DNA from: Macrostomum lignano
Taxonomy: Eukaryota
Length of the DNA: 64,000 nucleotides
Reading direction: 5' to 3'
Assembly: GCA_002269645.1 (NCBI GenBank)
Contig: NIVC01000114.1
Location: 124,001-188,000 of the forward strand
Below the pieces are notes generated by a model. That model saw only the letters and a program-made list of their open reading frames with translations, did not search any database and had not been told where the DNA came from. The translations under genes and the position numbers were made by a program. Of the stretch, positions 48,638 through 63,149 are shown one piece after another. Within the stretch, counting starts at the first letter, position 1, and each line of letters starts with the position of its first letter.

Positions 48638-49867
48638 TCTTGGCATCTAACTAAAATCCTGCTCTTGACACTCAGCTTGTAGGCTTTGAAATCCTCAAAA
48701 TTCTTAATGCCTAAGGACGCAAAGGTGCAACAAGCAGGCTTACATTTAGTAATAGCCGGAAACTCAGGCTAAGGCAGAGGGAATAAAGGTGAGTTCTCAG
48801 ACTCGTGCCATGAAAGAAAGGGAAACGAAATTAAAGCAGCAGCTAGGGAACTGACAAAGATCGAGTTCTCTATGCCTGATCCGTCTGAGACAGCTCTGCG
48901 CCGAGTTACCTCCTAGCCAGCTCAATCCAGATTATCCATCCGAGACGGCACGAGGGAACAGACCCGGTGACAGGCGGACACGGGCACAGTGAGAGATAGA
49001 GGTTTAAAATTAGCTGACGAACGACTCAAGATAGCACAGCGGGTAGTGGCGCCGGGTAGCTGGATTGGATGCACGCCAGGGATTAATTGAGCTGATCCAA
49101 AGACAAGAAAGAACAAGCGCGGAACGAACGGCAAATCGAGCTTGTACTTGTCTTTCTGTCTTGAAGTCTGAGAGATTGTATTTCCCGTATCTGCTTCTGT
49201 GAAATGGGTTGTAAACGATATAGCTTGGCAGCTTGGGGGCTGGGGGGGGGGGTTACTAGAGGCTGAGGGTTACTATGAGGCTGGGGGGTTAACTAGGGGG
49301 ATGGGGGCTACTTGGGGCTGGTGGGTTACTAGGGGGCTGGGGGTTACTAGGGGGCTAAGGGGTTACTAGGGGTCTGGAGGTTACTAGGGGATGGGGGTTA
49401 CTAGGTGTTGGTTACTAGGAGTCGGAAGGGTTAAATAGGTGTGGCGGGAGAGATTAACTAGCGGTGGGGGTGTTTTAAGTAGAGGTAGGGGTTAACTAGG
49501 GGGTGGGGAGAGGTTACCAAGTCAGAGCTGGCCCCGCATGATTACAAACACCTCAAGCCAGCCAACCATGCATAAATTCGCTACAAATCTTTTTCTCCTA
49601 ATTCAGACCCTAGAAATATTTACAGTCACGAACCCAGTCGAAATGATTGTCCACCTGTGAAAAGCAAGAATAGACAGAAAACATCTGTGGATAGCAGCAA
49701 TCTGGCTTTGTGAAGAGTTTGTTTGCATATTTAATATTCATAAATCTGTGCTTGTCATGTTTTTACTGCGTGACACAATATCACCTTCCGCAAATAGAAC
49801 ACCTGGCTTTGCATCTCCAAGAGATTTGATGTAATTTTAGAGACATTTCAAGTGCTGAAAGTGAAGT

Positions 49868-50378
49868 GGGTCGGATGTACGGCTGTGGCAGAGAGAAACT
49901 GGGGTCTGAGGGGTGGTGGGTCGGATGTGCGGGCTGGGGCAGAGAGTAACTGGGGTCTGAGGGGATGGTGGGTCTGATGTGCGGGCTGGGGCAGAGAGAA
50001 ACTGGCGTCTGAGGGGATGGTGGGTCGGATGTGCGGGCTGGGGCAGAGAGAAACTGGGGTCTGAGGGGTGGTGGGTCGGATGTGCGGGCTGGGGCAGAGA
50101 GAAACTGGGGTCTGAGGGGTGGTGGATCGGATGTTCGGGCTGTGGCAGAGAGTAACTGGGGTCTGAGGGGATGGTGGGTCTGATGTGCGGGCTGGGGCAG
50201 AGAGAAACTGGCGTCTGAGGGGATGGTGGGTTGGATGTGCGGGCTGGGGCAGAGAGAAACTTGGGTCTGAGGGGTGGTGGGTCGGATGTGCGGGCTGGGG
50301 CAGAGAGAAACTGGGGTCTGAGGGGTGGTGGGTCGGATGTGCGGGCTGGGGCAGAGAGTAACTGGGGTCTGAGGGGTG
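49868..50378. repeat. About 51-bp G-rich minisatellite, preceded by degenerate G-rich repeats at 49235-49520
   Basis: Unit ggtcggatgtgcgggctggggcagagagaaactggggtctgaggggtggtg. Confidence 0.92.
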
Positions 50379-50937
50379 ATAGCTCAGTCAGAGATCTGTA
50401 TCGGTTCCAATAATACTGTACAGGCAGTTCCCAAAATTGGGACTTTTATCCAAAACAGTAATTCAGCTTGTATAATCCCACGCCAATAAAGATTCCCAGT
50501 GCATTCTTACTCGCATATTAATTATTGAAACAAGAAATTTCATCGCAGACTGAGCTGCGCCATGCACACACTGAGCTTCTGCGCCATAAAAATGCTGTTG
50601 GCATTTCCTGTAGACCATGGCTATCAAGATTCAGAGTACAATAGCTGGGTAGGGACTTTTTCTGCAAAGCAGCAGTACTCAGCTTCCGGTTCAAGAGGGG
50701 AAGCCGGGGGTACATTTTCTGCCAATTTTTTGTCAAAGAAAAGCGCCTATTCAAATTCGTGCGTTAGTCATGTTTATTTGCCAGGATCCGATTGACTCAA
50801 CAATGAAGAGGCAGGCGAGCAAGTAGTCCCGCACACTGGCGGCTCTTTGTGTCACGTTTGTGTGGCTTTCCAGAGTCACAGTCTGGACAATTGTGGGACA
50901 GAATTTTGACATTAAAGTGGCTTTCATGATTAGTATT

Positions 50938-51230
<293 letters not shown>

Positions 51231-51767
51231 GTGCAGTAAGATAATTCAATCAAATTCCTAATCTCCATAAGCAGAGAAAGCTAGCAGCAGCGGGATCGTG
51301 AGTTGACCCCCCTGAGCAGCCAGTCTGGAACTGAAAATATCACGCGCAGGAGGCAGAGTTCTCCAGCCGCCTCACTCGACTTCCCCTCTCGCCCCATTCC
51401 TTCCTTCCACGCCCAGGTGTTTCGCTTCCTCATCAGTCGTGCCCTTGGCCAGCCCAGTGATCGCAAACTGCAGTTTCGCACGGCGGCAAGAATCAGTTTT
51501 TTTTCTCTCGTCTTCTGATTTTATAAATCACGTCTTCTTATCAGTCTGCTCTGTCTCTGCCTGCCGCGGGGCCGTGACAAAGTTCCAATTTCAAGTTCTC
51601 TCTCCCGCCCCCAGTTAATTGGGGACAGGTAGCGGCGACCTGACGGCTGGGTGCCATCTCTTACCTGAGCAAATGGATTCATAATTGAAGGGTTAATTTT
51701 TTGTGGAGGAAGATTCTGTGGGTCTGTGAAATTGCAAGGCAACTTGGAGGATAATGTAGTAAAAGCT

Positions 51768-52435
51768 GGATGGGGAGGAAGGGGCGGATGAGGAAGAAGG
51801 GCGGATGGGGAGAAAGGGGCGGATGGGGAGGAAGGGCGGATGGGGAGGAAGGGGCGGATGGAGAGGAAGGGGCGGATGAGGAAGAAGGGCGGATGGGGAG
51901 AAAGGGGCGGATGGGGAGGAAGGGGCGGATGGGGAGGAAGGGGCGGATGGGGAGGAAGGGGCGGATGGGGAAGAAGGGGCGGATGGGAGAAAGGGGCGGA
52001 TGGGGAGGAAGGGCGGATGGGGAGGAAGGGGCGGATGGGGAGGAAGGGGCGGATGGGGAGGAAGGGGCGGATGGGGAGGAAGGGGCGGATGGGGAAGAAG
52101 GGGCGGATGGGGAGAAAGGGGCGGATGGGGAGGAAGGGCGGATGGGGAGGAAGGGGCGGATGGGGAGGAAGGGGCGGATGGGGAGGAAGGGCGGATGGGG
52201 AGGAAGGGGCGGATGGGGAGGAAGGGGCGGATGGGGAGGAAGGGGCGGATGGGGAGGAAGGGCGGATGGGGAAGAAGGGGCGGATGGGGAGAAAGGGGCG
52301 GATGGGGAGGAAGGGCGGATGGGGAGGAAGGGGCGGATGGGGAGGAAGGGCGGATGGGGAGGAAGGGGCGGATGGGGAGGAAGGGGCGGATGGGGAGGAA
52401 GGGGCGGATGGGGAGGAAAAGGCGGATGGGGAGGA
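51768..52435. repeat. 18-bp G-rich minisatellite (ggggaggaaggggcggat)
   Basis: The units are directly visible. Confidence 0.95.
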
Positions 52436-52889
52436 GCTGTTTGTGGATAAACAATCAGAGTAAAGCGGCTGTGTAATTTTAATAAAAATTCTAGCATTTC
52501 AAAAGAAATCATTGTTCTGATTGTTCACCTTTTTGTTTTACTGGATGAAGAATTGAGTTGCCGAAATGCAATCGCGGAGAATTTTATTTGTTTGGAATTT
52601 TTAATCCTAGCAAATTCATGTCGAATGTCAATCAGTTTAAGCCACTATTCAATGCTTTGAAATGGCATATTTTGTCAATAAAACGCATTGGCAACACGGC
52701 ATCCTGCCCGATGCTGCATTCAACTGAAAATTCTTAGAAATTGGAGACAGATTTTTTTGGGAATTTCGTGACACGCAATAGTTTTACTGTCAATGCATTT
52801 CAAAATTTATGGTCAGTTTAAATCTGGAAAAAATTATGGGTGCGTCTTAGCTATCACAATGTTGAGCATTATAAAAAGGGGAGACATAC

Positions 52890-54170
52890 TGACACAGTTC
52901 ATGTTGCATCTGACACAGATTGTGATACATCTGACACAAATTTTGATACATCTGACAATGATTGTGATACATCTGACACAGACTGTGGTTCATCTGACAC
53001 AGAATGTCATACATCTGACACAGGTTGTGATGCATCTGACACAGAGTGTGATACATCTGACACAGAATGTCATACATCTGACACAGGTTGTGATGCCTCC
53101 GACAGATTGTAATGCCTCCAACACAGATTGTGATGCCTCTGACACAGTTTGTGATGCCTCTGACACAGATTGTGATGCCTCTGACACAGATTCTGATACA
53201 TCTGACACAGACTGTGGTTCATCTGACACAGAATGTCATACATCTGACACAGGTTGTGATGCCTCCGACAGATTGTAATGCCTCTGACACAGATTGTGAT
53301 GCCTCTGACACAGATTGTGATGCATCTGACACAGATTGTGATGCCTCTGACACAGATTGTGATGCCTCTGACACAGATTGTAATGCCTCTGACACAGTTT
53401 GTGATGCCTCTGACACAGATTGTGATGCCTCTGACACAGATTGTGATGCCTCTGACAAATATTGTGATGCCTCTGACACAGATTGTGATGCCTCTGACAC
53501 AGATTGTGATGCCTCTGACACAGATTCTGATACATCGACACAGATTGTGATACATCTGACAATGATTGTGATACATCTGACACAGATTGTGATACATCTG
53601 ACACAGACTGTGGTTTATCTGACACAGAATGTCATACATCTGACACAGGTTGTGATGCCTCCGACAGATTGTAATGCCTCTGACACAGATTATGATGCCT
53701 CTGACACAGATTGTGATGCCTCTGACACAGATTGTGATGCCTCTGACACAGATTGTGATGCCTCTGACACAGATTGTGATGCCTCTGACACAGATTCTGA
53801 TACATCTGACACAGATTCTGATACATCTGACACAGATTGTGATACATCTGACACAGATTGTGATACATCGGACACAGAATATCATACATCTGACACAGGT
53901 TGTGATGCCTCCGACAGATTGTAATGCCTCTGACACAGATTGTGATGCCTCTGACACAGATTGTGATGCCTCTGACACAGATTGTGATGCCTCTGACACA
54001 GATTGTGATGCCTCTGACACAGATTGTGATGCCTCTGACACAGATTGTGATGCCTCTGACACAGATTGTGATGCCTCTGACACAGATTGTGATGCCTCTG
54101 ACACAGATTCTGATACATCTGACACAGATTGTGATACATCTGACACAGATTGTGATACCTCTGACACATA
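52890..54170. repeat. 21-bp minisatellite (tgtgatgcctctgacacagat)
   Basis: The units are directly visible; the same family recurs at 59313-59930. Confidence 0.95.
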
Positions 54171-54377
54171 TTGTCATGATTTCAAAATGCCTGTTGCGAG
54201 GTAAAACAAAGGGCTAAAAAACACGCCCTAAAAAAGCGCCCTATTTTTATTCTCTAAAAAACGCATGCCGGCGTCGTTCGGTACAAAAACCGTTTTGTTT
54301 TGTTAAAACTCTGTAGACATTCTGCAGCTGGCAATTCATTGGGCTCGCATAAGCTGGGAGCTGAGACTTATCTGAGA

Positions 54378-56638
54378 AATATCTGACACGAATTTAAAAT
54401 ATCTGACACGAATTTGAAATATCTGACACTAATTTGAAATATCTGACACGAATTTGAAATATTTGACACTAATTTGAAATATCTGACACGAATTTGAAAT
54501 ATCTGACACGAATTTGAAATATCTGACACGAATTTGAAATATCTGACGCTAATTTGAATTATCTGACACCAATTTGAAATATCTGACACTAATTTGAAAT
54601 ATCTGACACGAATTAGAAATATCTGACACGAATTAAAAATATCTGACACAAATTTAAAATATCTGACACTAATTTGAAACACCTGACACGAATTTGAATT
54701 ATCTGACACCAATTTGAAATATCTGACACTAATTTGAAATATCTGACACTAATTTAGAATAACTGACCTGTCACCAATTTGAAATATCTGACACTAATTT
54801 GAAATATCTGACACGAATTTGAAATATCTGAAACGAATTTGAAATATCTGACACTAATTTGAAATATCTGACACTAATTAGAAATATCTGACACTAGTTT
54901 AGAATAACTGAACTGACACCAATTTGAAATATCTGACACCAAGTTAAAATATCTGACATCAAATTGAAATATCTGACATCAAATTGAAATATCTGACACT
55001 AGTTTGAAATATCTGACACCAATTTGAAATATCTGACACCAATTTGAAATATCTGACACCAATTTGAAGTATCTGACACCAATTTGAAATATCTGACACT
55101 AATTTGAAATATCTGACACCAATTTGAAATATCTGACACCAATTTGAAATATCTGACACCAATTTGAAATATGTGACACCAATTTGAAATATCTGACACC
55201 AATTTGAAATATCTGACACCAATTTGAAATATCTGACACCAATTTGAAATATCTGACACCAATTTGAAATATCTGACATTAATTTGAAATATCTGACACT
55301 AGTTTGAAATATCTGACACCAATTTGAAATATCTGACACTAATTTGAAATATCTGACACCAATTTGAAATATCTGACACCAATTTGAAATATCTGACACC
55401 AATTTGAAATATCTGACACCAATTTGAAGTATCTGACACCAATTTGAAATATCTGACACCAATTTGAAATATCTGACACTAATTTGAAATATCTGACACC
55501 AATTTGAAATATCTGACACCAATTTGAAATATCTGACACCAATTTGAAATATGTGACACCAATTTGAAATATCTGACACCAATTTGAAATATGTGACACC
55601 AATTTGAAATATCTGACACCAATTTGAAATATCTGACACCAATTTGAAATATCTGACACCAATTTGAAATATCTGACACCAATTTGAAATATCTGACACC
55701 AATTTGAAATATCTGACACCAATTTGAAATATCTGACATTAATTTGAAATATCTGACACTAGTTTGAAATATCTGACACTAATTTGAAATATCTGACACC
55801 AATTTGAAGTATCTGACACTAATTTGAAATATCTGACACTAGTTTGAAATATCTGACACTAATTTGAAATATCTGACACCAATTTGAAGTATCTGACACC
55901 AATTTGAAATATCTGACACTAATTTGGAATATCTTATCTGACACTAATTTGAAATATCTGACACTAGTTTGAAATATCTGACACCAATTTGAAATATCTG
56001 ACACAAATTTGAAATATCTGACACTAATTTGAAATATCTGACACTTATTTGAAATATCTGACACTTATTTGAAATACCTGACACTAATTTGAAATATCTG
56101 ACACTAATTTGAAATATCTGACAAATTTGAAATATCTGACACCAATTTGAAATATCTGACACCAATTTGAAATATCTGACACGAATTAGAAATATCTGAC
56201 ACTAGTTTAGAATAACTGAACTGACACCAATTTGAAATATCTGACATCAAATTGAAATATCTGACACTAATTTGAAATATCTGACACTAATTTAGAATAA
56301 CTGATCTGATACCAATTTAAAATATCTGACATCAAGTTGAACTATCTGACACCAATTTGAAATATCTGACACTAATTTGAAATATCTGACACCAATTTGA
56401 AATATCTGACACCAATTTGAAATATCTGACACCAATTTGAAATATCTGACACCAATTTGAAATATCTGACACGAATTAGAAATATCTGACACTAGTTTAG
56501 AATAACTGAACTGACACCAATTTGAAATATCTGACACCAATTTGAAATATCTGACATCAAATTGAACTATCTGACACCAATTTGAAATATCTGACACTAA
56601 TTTGAAATATCTGACACTAATTTGAAATATCTGACACT
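54378..56638. repeat. 20-bp minisatellite (aatttgaaatatctgacacc)
   Basis: The units are directly visible. Confidence 0.96.
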
Positions 56639-57039
56639 TATTAGAGACAGGCGGCCAACCTCTTGTGACTTATTTTCAAAACATTCCACAGCCCCAAGGT
56701 GCCTGGGCAGTTCAGCTCTGGCATGTCTCTCTCCACCCTGAGGAAGCCGTTTGTTGACGAAATTCCAGGTGTTCTTCTTTTGAAAAGGATTTATTCCGCG
56801 GATTATCCCCCGTTAATCCTGCGAGGATTATTTCCCTCAATAGGCGGATTTTAATAAAGGGACATGCTTGAACTCGAAGGTGCATCTTAATCCTGATGAA
56901 GGAGGCTGGCGTGCAACTCAACGGATGAACTCGAAAAATGAAAAAAGCATACAGTGTAGAAAAAAATCTGTAGCGTGTCTTGAAGAATCTCGCCCTGATC
57001 AGATAATAATGTTTTTATAAATCATACTTACTAAAACTG

Positions 57040-58490
57040 ATGCTAATATGGCGCCACAACTCATGCTAATATGGCGCCACGACTCATGCTAATATGGCGC
57101 CACAACTCATGCTAATATGGCGCCACAACTCATGCTAATACGGCGCAACAACTGATGCCAATATGGTGCCACAACTCATGCTAATACGGCGCAACAACTG
57201 ATGCTAACATGGCGACACAATTCGTGCTAATATGGCGCCACAACTGATGCTAATATGGCGACACAATTCGTGCTAATATTGCGCCAGAACTCATGCTAAC
57301 ATGGCGCCACAACTGAAGCTAATATGGCGCCAGAAATGATGCTAATATGGCGCCACAACTGATGCTAATATGGCGCCACAACTCATGCTAATATTGCGCC
57401 AGAACTCATGCTAACATGGCGCCACAACTGAAGCTAATATGGCGCCAGAAATGATGCTATTATGGCGCCACAACTGATGCTAATATGGCGCCACAACTCA
57501 TGCTAATATTGCGCCAGAACTCATGCTAACATGGCGCCACAACTGAAGCTAATATGGCGCCAGAAATGATGCTAATATGGCGCCACAACTGATGCTAATA
57601 TGGCGCCAGAAATGATGCTAATATGGCGCCACAACTGAAGCTAATATGGCGCCAGAAATGATGCTAATATGGCGCCACAACTGAAGCTAATATGGCGCCA
57701 GAAATGATGCTAATATGGCGCCACAACTGATGCTAATATGGCGCCACAACTGATGCTAATATGGCGACACCATTCGTGCTAATACGGCGCAACAACTGAT
57801 GCTAATATGGCGCCACAACTCATGCTAATTTGCGCCAGAACTCATGCTAATATGGCGCCACAACTGAAGCTAATATGGCGCCAGAAATGATGCTAATATG
57901 GCGCCACAACTGATGCTAATATGGCGCCAGAAATGATGCTAATATGGCGCCACAACTGATGCTAATATGGCGCCACAACTGATGCTAATATGGCGACACC
58001 ATTCGTGCTAATACGGCGCAACAACTGATGCTAATATGGCGCCACAACTCATGCTAATTTGCGCCAGAACTCATGCTAACATGGCGCCACAACTGAAGCT
58101 AATATGGCGCCAGAAATGATGCTAATATGGCGCCACAACTGATGCTAATATGGCGCCACAACTCATGCTAATATTGCGCCAGAACTCATGCTAACATGGC
58201 GCCACAACTGAAGCTAATATGGCGCCAGAAATGATGCTAATATGGCGCCACAACTCATACCAATATGGCGCCACAACTCATGCTAATATGGCGCCACAAC
58301 TGATGCTAATATGGCGCCAGAAATGATGCTAATATGGCGCTACAACTCATACCAATATGGCGCCACAACTCATGCTAATATGGCGCCACAACTGATGCTA
58401 ATATGGCGTCACAAATAATGTTAATATGGCGCCACAACTCATGCTAAAATGGCGCCACAACTCATGCTAATATGGCGCCACAAGTCATGC
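57040..58490. repeat. 23-bp minisatellite (gctaatatggcgccacaactgat)
   Basis: The units are directly visible. Confidence 0.95.
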
Positions 58491-59312
58491 CACAACATGT
58501 AAATATAGTCATTATTCTTAGTCATAGCCTCTTTAAACTTTCATTTGCTGCTAATTGCAAAGCTTTTCTTCATCATTTCTAAGCAAACATTACTCAAAAT
58601 ATTTTTTACCAAAGCCCAATTATCCCCGTCAAAAGGCAGGATAATCATTTGGTTTATTAATAGGTTTGGTTTCGTAATTACCACTTCCGTTCTGAAGTGT
58701 AATTATCCGACAGTCAGTCAGCAAAAGCAGATTCTAGGAATTAATATAACTCTCAACCTAGGATGTACTTCTCCTAACCCTGCTCAGTTCGTGCCTATTT
58801 CACTATTTTCACTGAGATCAGCTCTCCGAAAAATCTTCCTCTAATCACCCACGCATATACCTTTTCATCCGCGACTTCCTCTCGGGTGCCCCTGACAACG
58901 GCAGCTGAAGGATGATGATCAAGTCTGTAATTATGACTTACTGACACGGGCTTAGGAAATTCCAATGCGGGTTTGTCTACAGGTAAAAATTTCTCTTCTT
59001 TAACAGCAGGACAGACTTTGCTTGAATTCCTGCATTTTTGCCATGTCATTTTCTAAACATATTACCTATACATTTTTAACAAAAACACAGACTTGTAAAA
59101 CAACCCTGTTGTATGCTTATCAGACAAGGAATGCTTAAGTAGAAGAGAACGGACTAGAGACTTCGCTTCTTGGAAAACTTTGGGAGACAGGTTTCACCGA
59201 AAAATAGAAAATCAGATTTTTTCTATTTTTTAGCACAAATTTTGTAATTGCTTTTGATAGGAGGCAGACCCAATGTTCATCTTTTGATATGGGTTGCGCT
59301 AAGGCGTACCCT

Positions 59313-59930
59313 AGACACAGATTGTGATATGTCTGACACAGTTTGCGATGCCTCTGACACAGATTGTGATGCACCTGACACAGATTGTGATATGTCTGAC
59401 ACAGTTTGCGATGCCTCTGACACAGATTGTGATGCATCTGACACAGATTGTGATGCATCTGACACAGATTGTGATGCATCTGACACAGATTGTGGTATGT
59501 CTGACACAGTTTGCGATGCCTCTGACACAGATTGTGATGCACCTGACACAGATTGTGATATGTCTGACACAGTTTGCGATGCCTCTGACACAGATTGTGA
59601 TGCACCTGACACAGATTGTGATGCATCTGACACAGATTGTGATGCATCTGACACAGATTGTGATGCATCTGACACAGATTGTGATGCATCTGACACAGAT
59701 TGTGATGCATCTGACACAGATTGTGGTATGTCTGACACAGATTGGGATATTTCTGACACAGATTGTGATATGTCTGACACAGATTGTGATATGCCTGACA
59801 CAGATTGTGATGCACCTCTGACACAGATTGTGATACCCCTGATACAGATTGTGATACCCCTGACACAGATTGTGATACCCCTGATACAGATTGTGATACC
59901 CCTGATACAGATTGTGATATGTCAGACACA
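59313..59930. repeat. 21-bp minisatellite (tgtgatgcatctgacacagat)
   Basis: The units are directly visible. Confidence 0.95.
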
Positions 59931-60554
59931 GTTTATAATGCAGTGGCTTTTCGTTAGTCTCCCAACTTAACTAAAGCGTCGTAAAATAAAAAAATTATTT
60001 TGAATGTTTTGCTTCTACGAGTATAAAGAATGTGTATCCGCTCTGCATTAGCTGCTGCTGTTTATGAATAGCAATTATCGTTTTGTTGACGGCTGATTAT
60101 TGAAAATCTAAAAATAGCATCAGATACCGAAATCGACCCTTTCTGACTCAGTGAACCGTAAAAATTTCTCATCCGAAAGCGCAAATATTTGTTATACTAC
60201 AGAGAGCACAAAGTATACAAGCGTAACGCCCTACCTGATAGTATCGACCCAGTCCTGGAGCAATATTGCAGCTTCATTTGGGGTGTACGGTGCTTTTTAA
60301 AATATCTTGCATCGTTGCCAACCGCATCAAATTGAGTAGCTAGTGTACATGAGCATCGCCTAAGACAAAAAAGACTGAACTGAGCCAGTGTTTTTTCTGC
60401 GAACTGCATTAGCGAGAGTTGAGGTAGCTTTCAGTTTCTAATTCGTACTGAATTATTGGCTTGAACCGTGAGACAGGGGTGCCCACCATGAGACAGAGGC
60501 GCCTACTAAGAGACAGGGGCGCCCACCAAGAAACAGGGCACCCAACAAGATACA

Positions 60555-61485
60555 GGGGTAATTTTCCACGAGGGTAAGATGCTCTTCCAGGAAAGTCTGC
60601 ACCTCGGTTTTCCAAGCTGAAATTTACGCCATTGAGCAGTGTGCCCAGCACCTGCTCCAGGCGAACATTAATAACTTCGATATTAACTTTTACACTGATA
60701 GCCAAGCCGCTATTAAGGCCTTAACCGCTGAGAATATCTCCGCTGCTACAGTATCTCAATGCCACCGCAGTGTGCAATCTCTCTCAGTCCTTAACAGGAT
60801 TAGAATTATCTGGACACCCGGGCACAGCAACATCCTGGGCAATGAGCTCGCGGACTCTCTCGCCAAGGAGGGCAGCAACCCAGACGGCAACCACCGTCTG
60901 ATGAGGCTACCCACTCCCAGGTCGCAAGTCACCCGCCATATCAACAGGTGGCTCCATCAGCAGCACCAGCTCCACTGGAACAGCTGCACCGAGTACAGGC
61001 AGAGCCGCTCTGCCATGCCTAACCTGAACAGGAAAGTCTCTGATTATCTGATTTTGCTTAACAGAACCGACCTCAGGGAGATGTGCATGGTCCTAACCGG
61101 CCATGGATTCTTCCAGAGACATATCTCGTTGCAAACCGGCTGCCCTCCCACCTGTCCTTTCTGTGGCATAGGAGAGGAGACCGCGGAGCATCACGTCACT
61201 TTCTGCCCTTACTTCAACAAGGCGCGGCACAAATACCTCGGCCACCCCCAGCGGATGGACGAGCTGACCACCCCAGACAATATCCGTGACCATCGCGCCT
61301 TCGTCCGGAACTCCGGCCGGATGAGGGTCGCCGATGCCTCCACTGCGAACCTGCCGACTACTGGCGGGGACTGGGCGCACCCCCAGGGTTAATCCTTGTG
61401 CTCTTTTACCTTGGGGTTGCGATAGGGGCCTCGCGGCCTATTCGCGGCGCCTGCGCCCCCCGTCAGTAGTGAGTAAGTAAGTAAG
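60555..61485 (+). mobile_element. 5'-truncated non-LTR retrotransposon (I/LOA/R1-type, RNase H plus C-terminal CCHC) with a (GTAA)n tail
   Basis: RNase H motifs: [45 protein letters not shown]-terminal motifs: LTGHG and [18 protein letters not shown]. The stop is at 61392 and the tail gagtaagtaagtaag at 61471-61485. It is inserted in a 20-bp satellite. Confidence 0.88.
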
Positions 61486-62465
61486 AGACAGGGGCGCCCA
61501 CCCAGAGACAGGGGCGCCAACCAAGAGACAGGGGCGCCCACCAAGAGACAGGGGCGCCCACCATGAGACAGGGGCGCCAACCAAGAGACAGGGGGCACCC
61601 ACCAAGAGACAGGGGGCGCCAACCAAGAGACGGGGGCGCCCACCAAGAGACAGGGGCGCCCACCAATAGACAGGGGCGCCAACAAAGAGACAGGGGCGCC
61701 CACCAAGAGACAGGGGCGCCAACCAAGAGACAGGGGCGCCCACCAAGAGACAGGGGCGCCAACCAAGAGACAGGGGCGCCCACCAAGAGACAGGGGCGCC
61801 CACCATGAGACAGGGGCGCCAACCAAGAGACAGGGGGCACCCACCAAGAGACAGGGGGCGCCAACCAAGAGACGGGGGCGCCCACCAAGAGACAGGGGCG
61901 CCCACCAATAGACAGGGGCGCCAACAAAGAGACAGGGGCGCCCACCAAGAGACAGGGGCGCCAACAAAGAGACAGGGGCGCCCACCAAGAGACAGGGGCG
62001 CCAACAAAGAGACAGGGGCGCCCACCAAGAGACAGGGGCGCCCACCATGAGACAGGGGCGCCAACCAAGAGACAGGGGGCACCCACCAAGAGACAGGGGG
62101 CGCCAACAAAGAGACAGGGGCGCCCACCAAGAGACAGGGGCGCCAACCAAGAGACAGGGGCGCCAACCGTGAGACAGGGGCGCCAACCAAGAGACAGGGG
62201 CGCCCACCAAGAAACAGGGGCGCCCACCATGAGACAGGGGCGCCAACCAAGAGACAGGGGGCACCCACCAAGAGACAGGGGGCACCAACCAAGAGACAGG
62301 GGCGCCCACCAAGAGACAGGGGCGCCCACCAATAGACAGGGGCGCCAACAAAGAGACAGGGGCGCCCACCAAGAGACAGGGGCGCCCACCAAGAGACAGG
62401 GGCGCCCACCAAGAGACAGGGGCACCAACCAAGAGACAGGGGCGCCGACTAAAGATAGAGGCGCC
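61485..62465. repeat. 20/21-bp minisatellite (aagagacaggggcgcccacc); its left part lies at 60468-60558 before the LINE
   Basis: The units are directly visible. Confidence 0.95.
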
Positions 62466-62769
62466 CAATATAGAGGGCTTACGAAAACGCTAGCAAGCAA
62501 TGAACTGCATGCCTTCTCAGAAACTAAAGGCCCATACCTACTACTAACAGTAAAGAGTATAGACAGAAAAATGCCACATTCTCTTAAAATGTGTATACAT
62601 CTGTGAAGACATCATCCGTGATGACTAATAGCAATTTAAAGTCTTGATAGCTAATTCATATGCCGCTTGGGTCCATTTGTGGGCTTTTGTCATTTATTGT
62701 TATTTATTGCGAAATAGTCTACTGTTAGTAAGCTAGTAGTAATTGTATCGAAACAATAACAATTCCATT

Positions 62770-62979
62770 TCAAGACTTCTCCGACTTCTCCACCATTTCC
62801 GTGTCAGGTGCATCGATAGCTTTGAGCAGAGCGTCGTTCGTGGCCAGCACGGATTTAATGTTCTCCATGATGCTCTCCAGGAAGTCGCACAGCTCTTCAA
62901 CAAAGTTGGCCGACTTCAACGAACCGCCGTAGCTGATTGGCCGAATTGTGGACCAGAATACGAACTGGATGCACAGAGC
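62770..62979 (-). CDS. Putative terminal coding exon of an unidentified minus-strand gene starting beyond the window
   Basis: The acceptor ccccctcccAG| (62981-62980) is followed by 69 stop-free, GC3-rich codons, ALCIQFVFWSTIRPISYGGSLKSANFVEELCDFLESIMENIKSVLATNDALLKAIDAPDTEMVEKSEKS, then TGA. No family was recognised. Confidence 0.5.
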   Translation of the reverse strand, partial: ALCIQFVFWSTIRPISYGGSLKSANFVEELCDFLESIMENIKSVLATNDALLKAIDAPDTEMVEKSEKS

Positions 62980-63149
62980 CTGGGAGGGGGCTGCGGTTCA
63001 GGCAGATTGCGAGACATTCCCATTAAATGCTTTGAATATCATTCGAAAATCCCCACTTTACTTAGATATATCAGATTTTCGAAGTGTTCACAAAATTTCC
63101 TGGGATTTTCTGGAGCTTCTTGTGATTCTCCATACATTTATCCAGACTC

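Noticed and set aside
49235-49520. Telomeric repeat
   Set aside because: The G-rich units (ggggttactagggg) are irregular and do not form (TTAGGG)n or any constant short telomere unit.
58795-59049. 84-aa minus-strand ORF with protein-like composition
   Set aside because: It is short, with no recognisable motif and no clear splice sites, so it is not enough to call.
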